Below are positions 48,613 to 60,879 of a stretch of DNA of 64,000 nucleotides, piece by piece. The DNA comes from Eledone cirrhosa (taxonomy: Eukaryota). The stretch covers positions 60,326,001 to 60,390,000 of the forward strand of contig OZ024747.1 of NCBI GenBank assembly GCA_964016885.1. Direction: 5' to 3'. The notes below the pieces were generated by a model. That model was not told the origin of the DNA, did no database searches, and worked only from the letters and a program-made list of their open reading frames with translations. The first letter of the stretch is position 1. Each line of letters starts with the position of its first letter. The translations under genes and the position numbers were made by a program.

Positions 48613-48720
48613 GTCTTGATATGTGTGTGTGTGTGTGTACATATATATATCATCATCATATATATATCTATGTCTTGATATGTATGTGTGTAACTCTCTC
48701 TGTCAGTAGGTGTGTGTGTG

Positions 48721-48753
<33 letters not shown>

Positions 48754-48790
48754 GTATAGATATGTCTTGATATGTATCTGTCTGACTCTG
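47430..48790. repeat. TA/TG microsatellite field with a GTCTTGATATG...GACTCTCTCTGTCAG composite repeat
   Basis: Directly visible. Confidence 0.85.
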
Positions 48791-49020
48791 TCTGGGTATG
48801 TAGAATTAGGAGATTATTTAATCTAAGTGTTTTGTCTTTGATTCAGCCGTTCTTTGGACATGAATAAAAACAGACATATGTTATTTCCCAGTTAAGCAGT
48901 GTGTAATTTAATTAAATAACAAAGCTTCTAATAAAATGAAGCACGAATAATATTAATGTTATTATAATAATAATATTAATAATAATAATATTAATAATAA
49001 TAATATTAATAATAAAATAA

Positions 49021-49320
49021 TGGTAATAATGATTTCTTTATTAACCACAAGGGTTTACACAAAGTAGACATTAAGGACAGTACAGGACAATACAGGGCGG
49101 TACAAATGGGCATTTCTGTGTGTAAAAAAAACAAGAAAACAGAGGATGTAACAAAAAAAAGAACAATGAAAAATTCCCCAATAGGGGGGGGGGGGGGGTG
49201 ACTTCCTAGGGCCATCGTGGGGAAAGCCCATTTAAAAAGCCACGGTGACCCTTTCCACCTTCAATTCACAGGCATATACTCAGAGTAGGTCCATTCAATC
49301 GGGCCATTGGCCACGGGGGC
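49021..49320 (-). mobile_element. Tx1/L1-clade 3' end
   Basis: TTTCTTTATTAACCACAAGGG, AAATTCCCCAATAGGGG and ACAGGCATATACTCAGAG, homologous to 40770-41060. Confidence 0.8.
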
Positions 49321-49339
49321 CAAAGAGGAATAATAATGA

Positions 49340-49740
49340 TTGTTTCTACTTTTGGCACAAGGCCAGCAAATACCCAGTGCATTACTGGTACTTTATTTTA
49401 TTGACTCCATAAGGATGAAAGGCAAAGTTAACCTCGGCGAGATTTTAACTCAGAATGGCAAGGGCCGTAACTCTATGCTAGAAAGCATGGCGTCCGACCC
49501 TCTACTCATACTGCCAATCTACCAATAATGATTTCTAATCTAGGCACAAGGCCAACAATTTTAGGAGGAGGGAAAAGTTGATTAAATTGACCGCCATGCA
49601 TTACTGGTACTATATTTTATTGACCCCGTAAGGTTGAAAGGCAAAGCTAATCCTGGTGGGATTTTAACTCGGAACGTAAATGGCCGTAACTCTATGCCAC
49701 TATGCATGTTGTCCAATGCTCTACCGATTCTGCCAATTCA
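49340..49740 (-). mobile_element. Two tandem SINE A copies
   Basis: 49340-49522 and 49530-49740. Confidence 0.85.
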
Positions 49741-49744
49741 TCAG

Positions 49745-51545
49745 ATAATGGTGATATATCACATATCACAGTAGTAATAGTGATATATTATATATAATGG
49801 TGATATACCATATATAATAGTGATATACCATATATAATAGTGATATACCATATATAATAGTGATATATCATATATAATAGTGATATATTATATATAATAG
49901 TGATATATTATATATAATAGTGATATGTCATATATAATGGTGATATACCATATATAATGGTGATATACCATATATAATAGTGATATACCATATATAATAG
50001 TGATATATCATATATAATGGTGATATACCATATATAATAGTGATATATCATATATAATAGTGATATATTATATATAATAGTGATATACCATATATAATAG
50101 TGATATACCATATATAATAGTGATATACCATATATAATAGTGATATACCATATATAATAGTGATATATCATATATAATAGTGATATATCATATATAATGG
50201 TGATATACCATATATAATAGTGATATATCATATATAATAGTGATATACCATATATAATAGTGATATATCATATATAATAGTGATATACCATATATAATAG
50301 TGATATATTATATATAATAGTGATATATCATATATAATGGTGATATACCATATATAATAGTGATATACCATATATAATAGTGATATACCATATATAATAG
50401 TGATATATCATATATAATAGTGATATATTATATATAATAGTGATATATCATATATAATGGTGATATACCATATATAATAGTGATATACCATATATAATAG
50501 TGATATACCATATATAATAGTGATATACCATATATAATAGTGATATATTATATATAATAGTGATATACCATATATAATAGTGATATATCATATATAATAG
50601 TGATATACCATATATAATAGTGATATATCATATATAATAGTGATATACCATATATAATAGTGATATACCATATATAATAGTGATATACCATATATAATAG
50701 TGATATACCATATATAATAGTGATATACCATATATAATAGTGATATATTATATATAATAGTGATATATCATATATAATGGTGATATACCATATATAATAG
50801 TGATATACCATATACAATAGTGATATATCATATATAATAGTGATATACCATATATAATAGTGATATACCATATATAATAGTGATATATTATATATAATAG
50901 TGATATATCATATATAATAGTGATATATCATATATAATAGTGATATATCATATATAATAGTGATATACCATATATAATAGTGATATACCATATATAATAG
51001 TGATATACCATATATAATAGTGATATACCATATATAATAGTGATATACCATATATAATAGTGATATATCATATATAATGGTGATATACCATATATAATGG
51101 TGATATACCATATATAATAGTGATATATCATATATAATAGTGATATACCATATATAATAGTGATATACCATATATAATAGTGATATATCATATATAATAG
51201 TGATATACCATATATAATAGTGATATACCATATATAATAGTGATATACCATATATAATAGTGATATATCATATATAATGGTGATATACCATATATAATGG
51301 TGATATACCATATATAATAGTGATATATCATATATAATAGTGATATACCATATATAATAGTGATATACCATATATAATAGTGATATATCATATATAATAG
51401 TGATATACCATATATAATAGTGATATACCATATATAATAGTGATATACCATATATAATAGTGATATACCATATATAATAGTGATATACCATATATAATAG
51501 TGATATACCATATATCACAGTAGTAAAAGTGATATATCATATATA
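49745..51545. repeat. 20-bp minisatellite (TATATAATAGTGATATACCA)n, about 87 units
   Basis: Strict 20-bp phase with variants ACC/ATC/ATT and AG/GG. Confidence 0.95.
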
Positions 51546-51589
51546 ATATCCTTATAGCAATGGTCAGATAATATAAAGGTGGTAAATAA

Positions 51590-51803
51590 TTGTTTCTACT
51601 TTTGGCACAAGGCCAGCAATTACCCGGGTGCATTACTGGTACTTTATTTTATCGACCCCGTAAGGATGAAAGGCAAAGTTAACCTCGGCGGGATTTGAAC
51701 TCAGAACGTAGTGGGCCATAACTCTATGCTACAAAGCATGGCGTCCGCCCCTCTACCGATACTGCCAATCCACCGCCCTCACCGACACTGCCAATCCACC
51801 GCT
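51590..51803 (-). mobile_element. SINE A with duplicated head end
   Basis: ACCGA(T/C)ACTGCCAATCCACCGC occurs twice. Confidence 0.85.
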
Positions 51804-52113
51804 CTGGTGGTAATTAATGCCAAGTTTGTGGTGGTAACTTTAATGCCATAACTACAGTCATTCTGATGACTAGCAATAATACTGTAAAACGTTGTAATAG
51901 TTTAATTAGTAAAATTATTTAATTAATTACCTTGCACTAGATATAATTATATCAATCATGGTAAATTAATTAATGTATATAATGACAGGTGCTAAATATA
52001 AACTCACATCTTCTAGTTGGGAAAGTATGAAATTAGACATTCCAGACACTATATTATGATAATATAAAATATATTGTGTAATTTTCATCACTTCTGGTTA
52101 TCTGTGTTCCAAG

Positions 52114-52398
52114 CAGGGTCGACTTTTATGGGGGGCAAAGGGGCAATTGCCCTGGGCCCCTTGCAGTGGAGTGGCCCCCACCAGTGACAACCATAGCAAT
52201 TTATTTGTGCCCTTAGCTGGGCTTTTTAGTTTTAGTATGGTGAAATTTTTTAAATTTAATACCCGTATGTATAACTTTTCAATCTAACTTTGGTATGTCA
52301 AATTGGGGGGTTTGCCGTTTGTTCTAATTTATTTGTGTATGTGGGGCCCTGTAAACCTGAAGTGCCCCCCCCCCCCCCAAGATCTAAATCCATCACTG
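52114..52398 (+). mobile_element. hAT-type MITE family X with perfect 8-bp TSD
   Basis: GTTCCAAG|CAGGGTCGACTTTTA...TCTAAATCCATCACTG|GTTCCAAG. Confidence 0.85.
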
Positions 52399-52424
52399 GT
52401 TCCAAGTTTTCAAACCACGGAACA

Positions 52425-52665
52425 GTCTGCTGAACATTCCACAGATATATACACACCTTTAGCTTAGTTCTCAGGAAGATTCAGCAAAGCACAGTGAATG
52501 TGACTAGGCTGGCCCTTTGAATTACAGCTCAAACTTATTTCTGACAGTTATGTTCACTGGAGCAACATATAATGAAGTGTCTTGCTCAAGGACAAAGCAC
52601 CATGAGGACTCCAACTCATGCCGTTACTATTGTAAACCAAAACCCTTAAACACTAGACCACATAC
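52425..52665 (-). mobile_element. SINE family B (diverged)
   Basis: AAGTGTCTTGCTCAAGGACA. Confidence 0.65.
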
Positions 52666-52951
52666 TTTCTTTTTACCCCACTTTTACGCAGTTGGCACTG
52701 TGTCATACTTCAAAATATTAAGAGGAATTATTATAAAAATACATGTAAGAAAATAAATGTTTTTTTAATGATAGAAGTTGATTTCTCCATCAATAAACTT
52801 GTTTATATTTGCTCTGTGTTTATGTCTACACTTACAAATCTTTCTCACTAATAACCCCTTTCTCTTCAAATCTATATATTATATAAACACATTGAGCTAC
52901 TTCTGAAAAGATCTGGTACTAACATAGCATTATATATAATTCTCTACTTTC

Positions 52952-53033
52952 CTAGACAGATCAGATGACCATATCATGCTCATAAGTTCCATATGGAACA
53001 TATGAGCAAGATGTGGTCATCTGATCTGTTTGG
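52952..53033. repeat. ~80-bp imperfect palindrome at the 5' end of a short (GAT)n-tailed retroposon fragment
   Basis: ACAGATCAGATGACCATATCATGCTCATAAGTTCCAT|ATGGAACATATGAGCAAGATGTGGTCATCTGATCTGT. Confidence 0.85.
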
Positions 53034-53109
53034 TCTCAGAACATGACAGCCTGTTTAATAGATGCTGGCATTGAAAACAACCATCAAACGGTGATGATGA
53101 TGATGGTGG

Positions 53110-53147
<38 letters not shown>

Positions 53148-53699
53148 GTATTTTATCACCCAGTCATCCCTAAAGCCTATATTTATTTATTTAAATATAC
53201 TTTCAATTACTTTCTTTGCCTCATATTTAAAAAAAAAAAGAAAAAGAAAATAATTTTTTTATAATTTTCAATTCATGGTGAGAAAAATCTAAAAATAAAA
53301 ACAAATAATAATAATAAAAAAGGACACAAAACAAACATAAAACATGACAAGTAGAAAATGTGTTTGTTGTATAAAAAAAACAGCAAGGAAAATGTTGACA
53401 ATAGCTGCTGCTGTAGATTGGCAAGGAAGATTCCTCACTAGTAAATATATATATTGCTAAAACCATTCTCTTATCTTGGCATTTTGCCAGTAAATACCTT
53501 CTCTAAATATGCCATAGATTTCAATGGCTGTTATTTAATGTAAAGCTAATCCATGTTTCTCTCTTTGTGGAGGGTGTAATGGTGGGTTTGTTGTTGTTGT
53601 TGTTACTGTTGTTGTTGTTGTTGTTAATGATTGTGTGTGTGGTAGTATGATGATGGTGGAATTGGTGGTTACAGGTGTTAATGGCAGTGCTTATTGTGG

Positions 53700-55100
53700 T
53701 AGTCATTGTGGTTTTAATAGTGATGGTGATGGTGTTGATAATGGTGTTGTGGTTGGTGGTGGTGTTGTGGTTGGTGGTGGTGTTGTGGTTGGTGGTTGGT
53801 GTTGGTGGTGGTGTTAGTGGTGGTGGTGGTGGTGTTGTGGTTGGTGGTGGTGTTAGTGGTGGTGGTGGTGTTGTGGTTGGTGGTGGTGTTAGTGGTGGTG
53901 GTGGTGTTGTGGTTGGTGGTGGTGTTAGTGGTGGTGGTGGTGTTGTGGTTGGTGGTGGTGTTGTGGTTGGTGGTGGTGTTGTGGTTGGTGGTTGGTGTTG
54001 TGGTTGGTGGTGGTGTTGTGGTTGGTGGTGTTGTTGTGGTTGGTGGTTGGTGTTAGTGGTGGTGGTGGTGTTGTGGTTGGTGGTGGTGTTGTGGTTGGTG
54101 GTTGGTGTTAGTGTTAGTGGTGGTTGGTGGTGTTATTGGTGGTTGGTGGTGTTAGTGGTGGTGGTGGTGTTGTGGTTGGTGGTGGTGTTGTGGTTGGTGG
54201 TTGGTGTTGTGGTTGGTGGTGGTGTTGTGGTTGGTGGTTGGTGTTGTGGTTGGTGGTGGTGTTGTGGTTGGTGGTTGGTGTTGTGGTTGGTGGTGGTGTT
54301 GTGGTTGGTGGTGGTGTTGTGGTTGGTGGTTGGTGTTAGTGGTGGTTGATGGTGTTAGTGGTGGTGGTGGTGTTGTGGTTGGTGGTGGTGTTGTGGTTGG
54401 TGGTGGTGTTGTGGTTGGTGGTGGTGTTGTGGTTGGTGGTTGGTGTTGTGGTTGGTGGTGGTGTTGTGGTTGGTGGTGGTGTTGTGGTTGGTGGTTGGTG
54501 TTAGTGGTGGTTGGTGGTGTTAGTGGTGGTGGTGGTGTTGTGGTTGGTGGTGGTGTTGTGGTTGGTGGTGGTGTTGTGGTTGGTGGTGGTGTTGTGGTTG
54601 GTGGTTGGTGTTGTGGTTGGTGGTGGTGTTGTGGTTGGTGGTGGTGTTGTGGTTGGTGGTTGGTGTTAGTGGTGGTTGGTGGTGTTAGTGGTGGTGGTGG
54701 TGTTGTGGTTGGTGGTGGTGTTGTGGTTGGTGGTGGTGTTGTGGTTGGTGGTGGTGTTAGTGGTGGTGGTGGTGTTGTGGTTGGTGGTGGTGGTTGTGGT
54801 TGGTGGTGGTGTTAGTGGTGGTGGTGGTGTTGTGGTTGGTGGTGGTGTTGTGGTTGGTGGTTGGTGTTGTGGTTGGTGGTGGTGTTGTGGTTGGTGGTGG
54901 TGTTGTGGTTGGTGGTGGTGTTAGTGGTGGTTGGGGTGTTGTGGTTGGTGGTGGTGTTGTGGTTGGTGGTGGTGTTGTGGTTGGGGGTGGTGTTGTGGTT
55001 GGTGGTGGTGTTGTGATTAGTGGTGGTGGTGGTGTTGTGGTTGGTGGTGGTGGTGGTGGTGCTGCTGTTAATGGCAGTGGTAAAGGTGGTAGTCATTGTG
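53700..55100. repeat. GT-rich satellite (GTTGTGGTTGGTGGTGGT)n and variants
   Basis: Directly visible. Confidence 0.9.
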
Positions 55101-55159
55101 GTGTTAATGGTGATGGTGCTAGTTTTAATAATGATGGTGGCATGGGGGGGGGGGCTTAA

Positions 55160-55262
55160 TTGTTTCTACTTTAGGCACAAGGCCAGCAATTACCCAGTGC
55201 ATTACTGGTACTTTATTTTATCGACCCCGTAAGGATGAAAGGCAAAGTTAACATCAGCGGGA
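55160..55262 (-). mobile_element. SINE A, 3' half
   Basis: TTGTTTCTACTTTAGGCACAAGG...GGCAAAGTTAAC. Confidence 0.8.
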
Positions 55263-55579
55263 TATGGTGTTGGTGGTGGTAGTATTAATAATGGTGGTGG
55301 TAGTGGTGGAGAAAGTGGTATTAATGGCAATGATGATGGTGGTAGTCATTGTGATGGCGATGGTGGTGGTGGAGTATTAATGAAAATAAGGAGGTGGTGG
55401 TGGTGGTGGTGGTGGTGGTGGTGGTGGTGATGAGGTTGTTTGTAGTTTGGTTGTTGTTGTTGTTGTTGTTATTATCATGTTTTGTTTTGATGTTGTTTGT
55501 GAACAGAACCAGTTTAGTGTTAATGGAGTTCTGTTTATGCCTCTTCCCCATCATTTCCATCATCTTCATTGTTTTGCCA

Positions 55580-56390
55580 TCAAACCCACCACCATCATTA
55601 TCATCATTATCATCATCACCATCATTATCATTCTCACCACCACCCCCACTATCATCCCCACCAGCACAACCACAACCACAACCACTATCATCATCATCAT
55701 CATGACCATCATTATCATTCTCACAACCACAACCATCCTCATCACCATCACCACCATTACCACTCCCACCACCACCACCACCACCACCACAACCATTATC
55801 ATCATCACCATCATTATTATTCCCACAACCACAACCATCACCACCACCATCATCTACATTCCCACCACCACCATTATTATCCTCGTCATCACCATCATCA
55901 TCACGACCATAATTATCATCATCATCACCATCATCACACTTATCATCACCACCATCATTATCACCAATGCCAACACCATCAACACCAACATCACCACCAC
56001 TGCCATCACCGTCACCATCACCACCACCACTGTCATCATCACTGCCACCATCACCACCACTGCCACCATCACCACCACTGCCACCATCACCACCACTGCC
56101 ACCATCACCACCACTGCTACCATCACCACCACTGCCACCATCACCACCACTGCCACCATCACCACCACTGCCACCATCACCACCACTGCCACCATCACCA
56201 CCACTGCCACCATCACCACCACTGCCACCATCACCACCACTGCCACCATCACCACCACTGCCACCATCACCACCACTGCCACCATCACCACCACTGCCAC
56301 CATCACCACCACTGCCACCATCACCACCACTGCCACCATCACCACCACTGCCACCATCACTACCACTGCCACCATCATCATCATCAATAC
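55580..56390. repeat. (CAC/CAT)n tract including an 18-bp array (ACTGCCACCATCACCACC)n at 56041-56375
   Basis: Directly visible. Confidence 0.9.
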
Positions 56391-56544
56391 TGTTGCTATC
56401 ATTATTTTATGTATTCTCTTCAGGGATTTGCTTCCTCTTCACCTCCTACTGTCACAATTTTTCTCTTTTTTTTTTGGGGGGGGGGGGGGGGGGGATTTTA
56501 TCTGGACCTCATTTTTCTCAATATATTGTCGTCCTAGTAAATTG

Positions 56545-56833
56545 TCTTCTTCTTCTTCTCCCACTTATTCCTCAGAGGGTTGCGGTGACCGAGTCCTCAT
56601 AAATTCCTTCCAGCAGGTCCTATCAGAAGCAAGCGTCTCCAACTAATCCAGCTAGATCCCCAAGCGTGACCAAACAAGCTCATGGATGTTATCCAACCAT
56701 CTTGCTCAGGGTCTACTCCCAGTTGGTTTTGCCTGTAAAATTTGTCCAGAGGTTCTTTCCTGAGACATTCTAACCACATGCCCATAATATTGGAGCTGTG
56801 ATCTCTCAATTTGGAGAAATAGCGGCTCTACCT
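56545..56833 (-). mobile_element. RTE-clade LINE 3' end of a different family, (GAA)n tail
   Basis: Minus frame VEPLFLQIERSQLQYYGHVVRMSQER...GSRP*ARWLDNI...DRTCWK, with stops. Confidence 0.75.
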
Positions 56834-57423
56834 GCAACCAAATTTCAGTGGTAAAAAAGAAAAATGGGGTCATTATTTTGCCATGATAGAAGTCAGTCTT
56901 GGCTCAAGAGTTCTATAATTCCTTGTAGATCTAAGCTGGGCTTCAACAAAAGATAGTTAGCATCTCAACTGTAAGTACTCTAGAGCTATTAAAAAGGAAT
57001 AAAAAGACACATCCATATATATAGGTGAAGAGGCAGGCTGTGTGGTTACTGAAAACGGAGTGTTAGAAGGTAAATGGGATGTAAACAAGAGAAGAAAAGT
57101 TTCCCTTCATCAGTTGTTTACTACAGATCATAGATGTTTCGGCCCTCAAAACAGAACATCGATCTGTAGCGCACCCATAGCCTTTTATCCATCAAAAGGC
57201 CATGAGGGAAAGAAGTGATAGTGAAGAGAGAAGAAGAAGAAAAAAAAAGGAAAAGAGGAAAAAAACGAAGTAAACATACTCATAGAAGTTGGAACACAAC
57301 ACAATGGTACATTAATGTAAGTAAGGGAGTCAATACAAAAATACAGGTGAAGAGGCAGGCTGTGTGATTACATATGTATATATATATATATATAATGTGT
57401 GTATTTATAATATACATACATAC

Positions 57424-57455
<32 letters not shown>

Positions 57456-57465
57456 ATATATATGT

Positions 57466-58023
57466 AGGTAGACCCAGAAAAACCTGAAACGATCTGATGA
57501 ATTCCGACCTTACACACTTGCACCTCTCTAAGACAATGTCACTGGACCGAGATCTTTGGCGCTACGCAGTAATACAGAAGACCCGCCTTGCCTATGTACA
57601 AAGCGAAACCTACAGTCAGTAGGCACCTCTTAACCAAATATACACCCCAATCCACTACCCCTTCTCTCTCCTCCCACTCTCACCAACACCACCCTCTCTC
57701 TGTAAAGTTGGTACCACAACATCCAGTCCAAATAAATGAGATAATGAGATCAAGATCATGTAGGTGTCACGACAAAAAAAAAACACACAGTCCACGCTCT
57801 AATGTGGCCGTGTAGGTAACACGGTAAAAAGTTCCCAGTTCCACACTGTAAATGTGGTTGGTGTTAGGAAGGGCATCCAGCCATAGAAAACCTGCCAGAT
57901 AGTCCTATATGAGCGAGACATGGTCACCCGACCAACCTTGCCTCAAGTGGGACAACTCCTGTCTAACCCGTGCTAGCATGGAAGATGGACGTTAAACGAT
58001 GATGATGATGATGGTGGTGATGG

Positions 58024-58040
<17 letters not shown>
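57466..58040 (+). mobile_element. RTE LINE 3' end
   Basis: GRPRKT*NDLMNSDL...QKTRLA, with 3' UTR and (GAT)n. Confidence 0.88.
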
Positions 58041-58054
<14 letters not shown>

Positions 58055-58057
58055 GAT

Positions 58058-58097
<40 letters not shown>

Positions 58098-58157
58098 ATA
58101 TATACACCTGACCATTTTGCTGACTTTAATACAGCATGTTAATACACCCACTTAATA

Positions 58158-58264
58158 ATTGTTTCTACTTTAGGCACAAGGCCAGCAATTACCCAGTGCA
58201 TTACTGGTACTTTATTTGACCGACCCCGTAAGGATGAAAGGCAAAGTCAACCTCGGCGGGATTT
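58158..58264 (-). mobile_element. SINE A, 3' half
   Basis: Core match. Confidence 0.8.
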
Positions 58265-58356
58265 AATAACCTGTTGTTTGCTTAGAATAAATGAACCTTG
58301 AAAATTAGGAGTGCCTGCATTTGTATCATTCTGTGTCATTATGTATTTTTCTCTAA

Positions 58357-58556
58357 CCTTTTAGCATTTAAACCTGCCAGGCAGAATTCTCTCACTTCTT
58401 TCTGTTTAAACCAGCCATAACCAGCCCCTCATACTGATATTAAAATATTGTTATCAAAATCTCATAGATTCGATATTATGTGGGATAATTATATAAGATT
58501 AAGCCTTTACCGCAAAAATACATTAGTATATATAGAGTAATGTAAATGGTAAAGGG
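58357..58556 (-). mobile_element. piggyBac-type MITE, family 1
   Basis: CTAA|CCTTTTAGCATT...AATGGTAAAGGG|TTAA. Confidence 0.8.
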
Positions 58557-60116
58557 TTAAGTATAGTTTTTTTTCAAAGAATTCCCATTCTTTAAATCCA
58601 TCAGCCAATGACCTCCACCCATCCCAATCACCAAAAAATGTATAAATACCACCATATCACATTGACAGTTTGCTTTCATGATGATTTCCTTCAAATGAAA
58701 CAGTTCTGGTCCTGTAGAAGCCATTTCTATATTAAATATTTATACTCTGCTATGTATGTATGTATGTGTGTGTGTGTATATATATATATGAGAGAGCTAC
58801 TTTACGGACATGATTTTTGACAGCGGTAAGAAATTGTTTTCTTATATTAATGTTTAATGGGCTTCCACTGACGATTTATAAGTGCCCACCTAAATATATT
58901 CTTACATGAATATATATTAGGCTTCTACATAAACTAGAAACATTCTCCCAAACTTGTAGAAAACTTATAATGAAACAATTGTTTGGAAAGAGAGATATAC
59001 TTTAACTTTAATTATATCTCATAAAATAATACAACTGGTTTTTCCACATTATACATTTTGTTAGCACCCCAAACACTTAAATTGGGTTTATATTTTAATA
59101 TAACCTAATGTTTGTTGAGTGAGATGGTTACCAGTCAGAGTTTAGCTTTAAACTATCTCTGTTATTGTATTAAATATATATATATATATATATATATAAT
59201 TCTTCATTTTAATTTATATATCACATTTGCCATTTTTCATTCCTATATGCTTCCCCCTTCTCTGTGACCTGTCTTTTTCTCTTCCCTTACTGCTATCCTC
59301 TTTCTCTCTCCCCCTTCTCTCTCCTTCTCCCTTATACTTTCATTCACCCCCTCTGCTAGTCACCCTTTCTCGGCTAGCCTCTTCCTCACACTTTCACTCA
59401 CTCACTCTCTGCTACTCACCCTCTCTCTCACTTCCTCCATCATCCCACACCATGCGGAATTCTTTCCTCGCTTACTTTCGCATGGTTGGGATATGTCTCT
59501 CGTCTTCTCGTCAATATTCGCAAGTTCTTATGTTCAAATGAATCATTGACTTGATTTTCTCATCTTTTCCTCTCTTTACGTTGCCTCACCATTCGTGCTT
59601 GTTTACCTGTCTTTCTTTCTCCACCCAATTCTTTTTATCCCAATAACTTATTTTAGTTATTATTCGCGCTAGCCTGAGGTATCTGGTCTTGAATGCGAAG
59701 AAATACCTATGATGGCTAGTAGACCACTGATGATGGATAGTCCTGGCTTCTATTTCTAATTCTTCATTTTAATTTGTATATCATATTTGCAACAACACAG
59801 CACACCATTTTTCCTTCCTATATATATATACACTTATATATATAGAGAGACATTGTTATAATGAATAACTACAGTAATTGGTAATGGAAGCAATGACAAT
59901 ACATTAGATTCTTGCAGAAGTTATAAAAGGAAATACGGAAATACTATTTTATGAGAAGCCTATAACAGTGTTTATATAAATGGAGGTTTTACATGGGAAA
60001 TACAATGAGCGATTTACCAAGGACATAAAACTAAGTAATGCCATCATTTTGACTAACGAGAAGACTAGTTTCATTAGCAAGTATGAAAGGTTTATGTTTA
60101 ACTGGTTAGTAACATG

Positions 60117-60174
<58 letters not shown>

Positions 60175-60217
60175 GTATTAAATAAATGGAAACTATATTT
60201 ATAAAACCATATTTATT

Positions 60218-60271
60218 CTATTATATATATTTCAAGGGCACCAAAAGTTTTGGTATGCTATCATCAGATAA
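60218..60271 (-). ncRNA. Minimal hammerhead candidate (left arm)
   Basis: Minus: TTAT-CTGATGA-TAGCATACCAAAACTTTTGGTGCCCTT-GAAA-TATATA-TA^ATAG. Confidence 0.65.
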
Positions 60272-60315
60272 AATACGAAGTGTGTTTTATAAATTTATAA
60301 AACACACTTCGTATT

Positions 60316-60369
60316 TTATCTGATGATAGCATACCAAAATTGTTGGTACCCTTGAAATATATATAATAG
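60316..60369 (+). ncRNA. Minimal hammerhead candidate (right arm)
   Basis: TTAT-CTGATGA-TAGCATACCAAAATTGTTGGTACCCTT-GAAA-TATATA-TA^ATAG, then AATAAA. Confidence 0.65.
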
Positions 60370-60879
60370 AATAAATATGGTTTTATAAATAAAGTTTCCA
60401 TTTATTTAATAGCATTGTATATTATACTCCAGAAAACTTGTTGAGAGCTCTGAATCAGTTATATACATTTATATTTGTTGAATTACCAACAAATTGAATA
60501 TCGCTTCTGCTTATATATATATATACACATATCAAGTTTAATATAGAAATGGCATCTACAGGACTAGAACTGTTTCATTCGAAACCTTTTTTATATTAAA
60601 TTTGATATTTACATTTTACTAATGCATTGAGTACCTTATTTATTGCGGTTACCCCCAATTGAACACGGGAATCACACACACACACACACCACATATATAT
60701 ATAGAAAACCACAAATCTGATGCGTACTCGATACACGGTGTAATGTAGAGTGGGTATGTTAGGAAAAGTAGAGGATCAGCCGTGAATTCAGCAGATTTAA
60801 CTAGTTACCTATAGAATAACCACCAAGCTCACAGTTGATCCTCTACTTTTACTAATATATATATATCAACCAAATAAAG

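Larger units (their letters stand above)
60165..60422. repeat. 258-bp spacer-less palindrome (Penelope-like inverted end)
   Basis: Axis at 60293/60294 (TTTTATAAA|TTTATAAAA). The arms match with a few substitutions. Confidence 0.92.

Noticed and set aside
53675-56646. Gly/Val-, His-, Thr- and Pro-rich ORFs resembling structural proteins
   Set aside because: Open in most frames on both strands because they are (GGT/CAC)n repeats. Interrupted by a SINE, with no signal peptide or exon structure.
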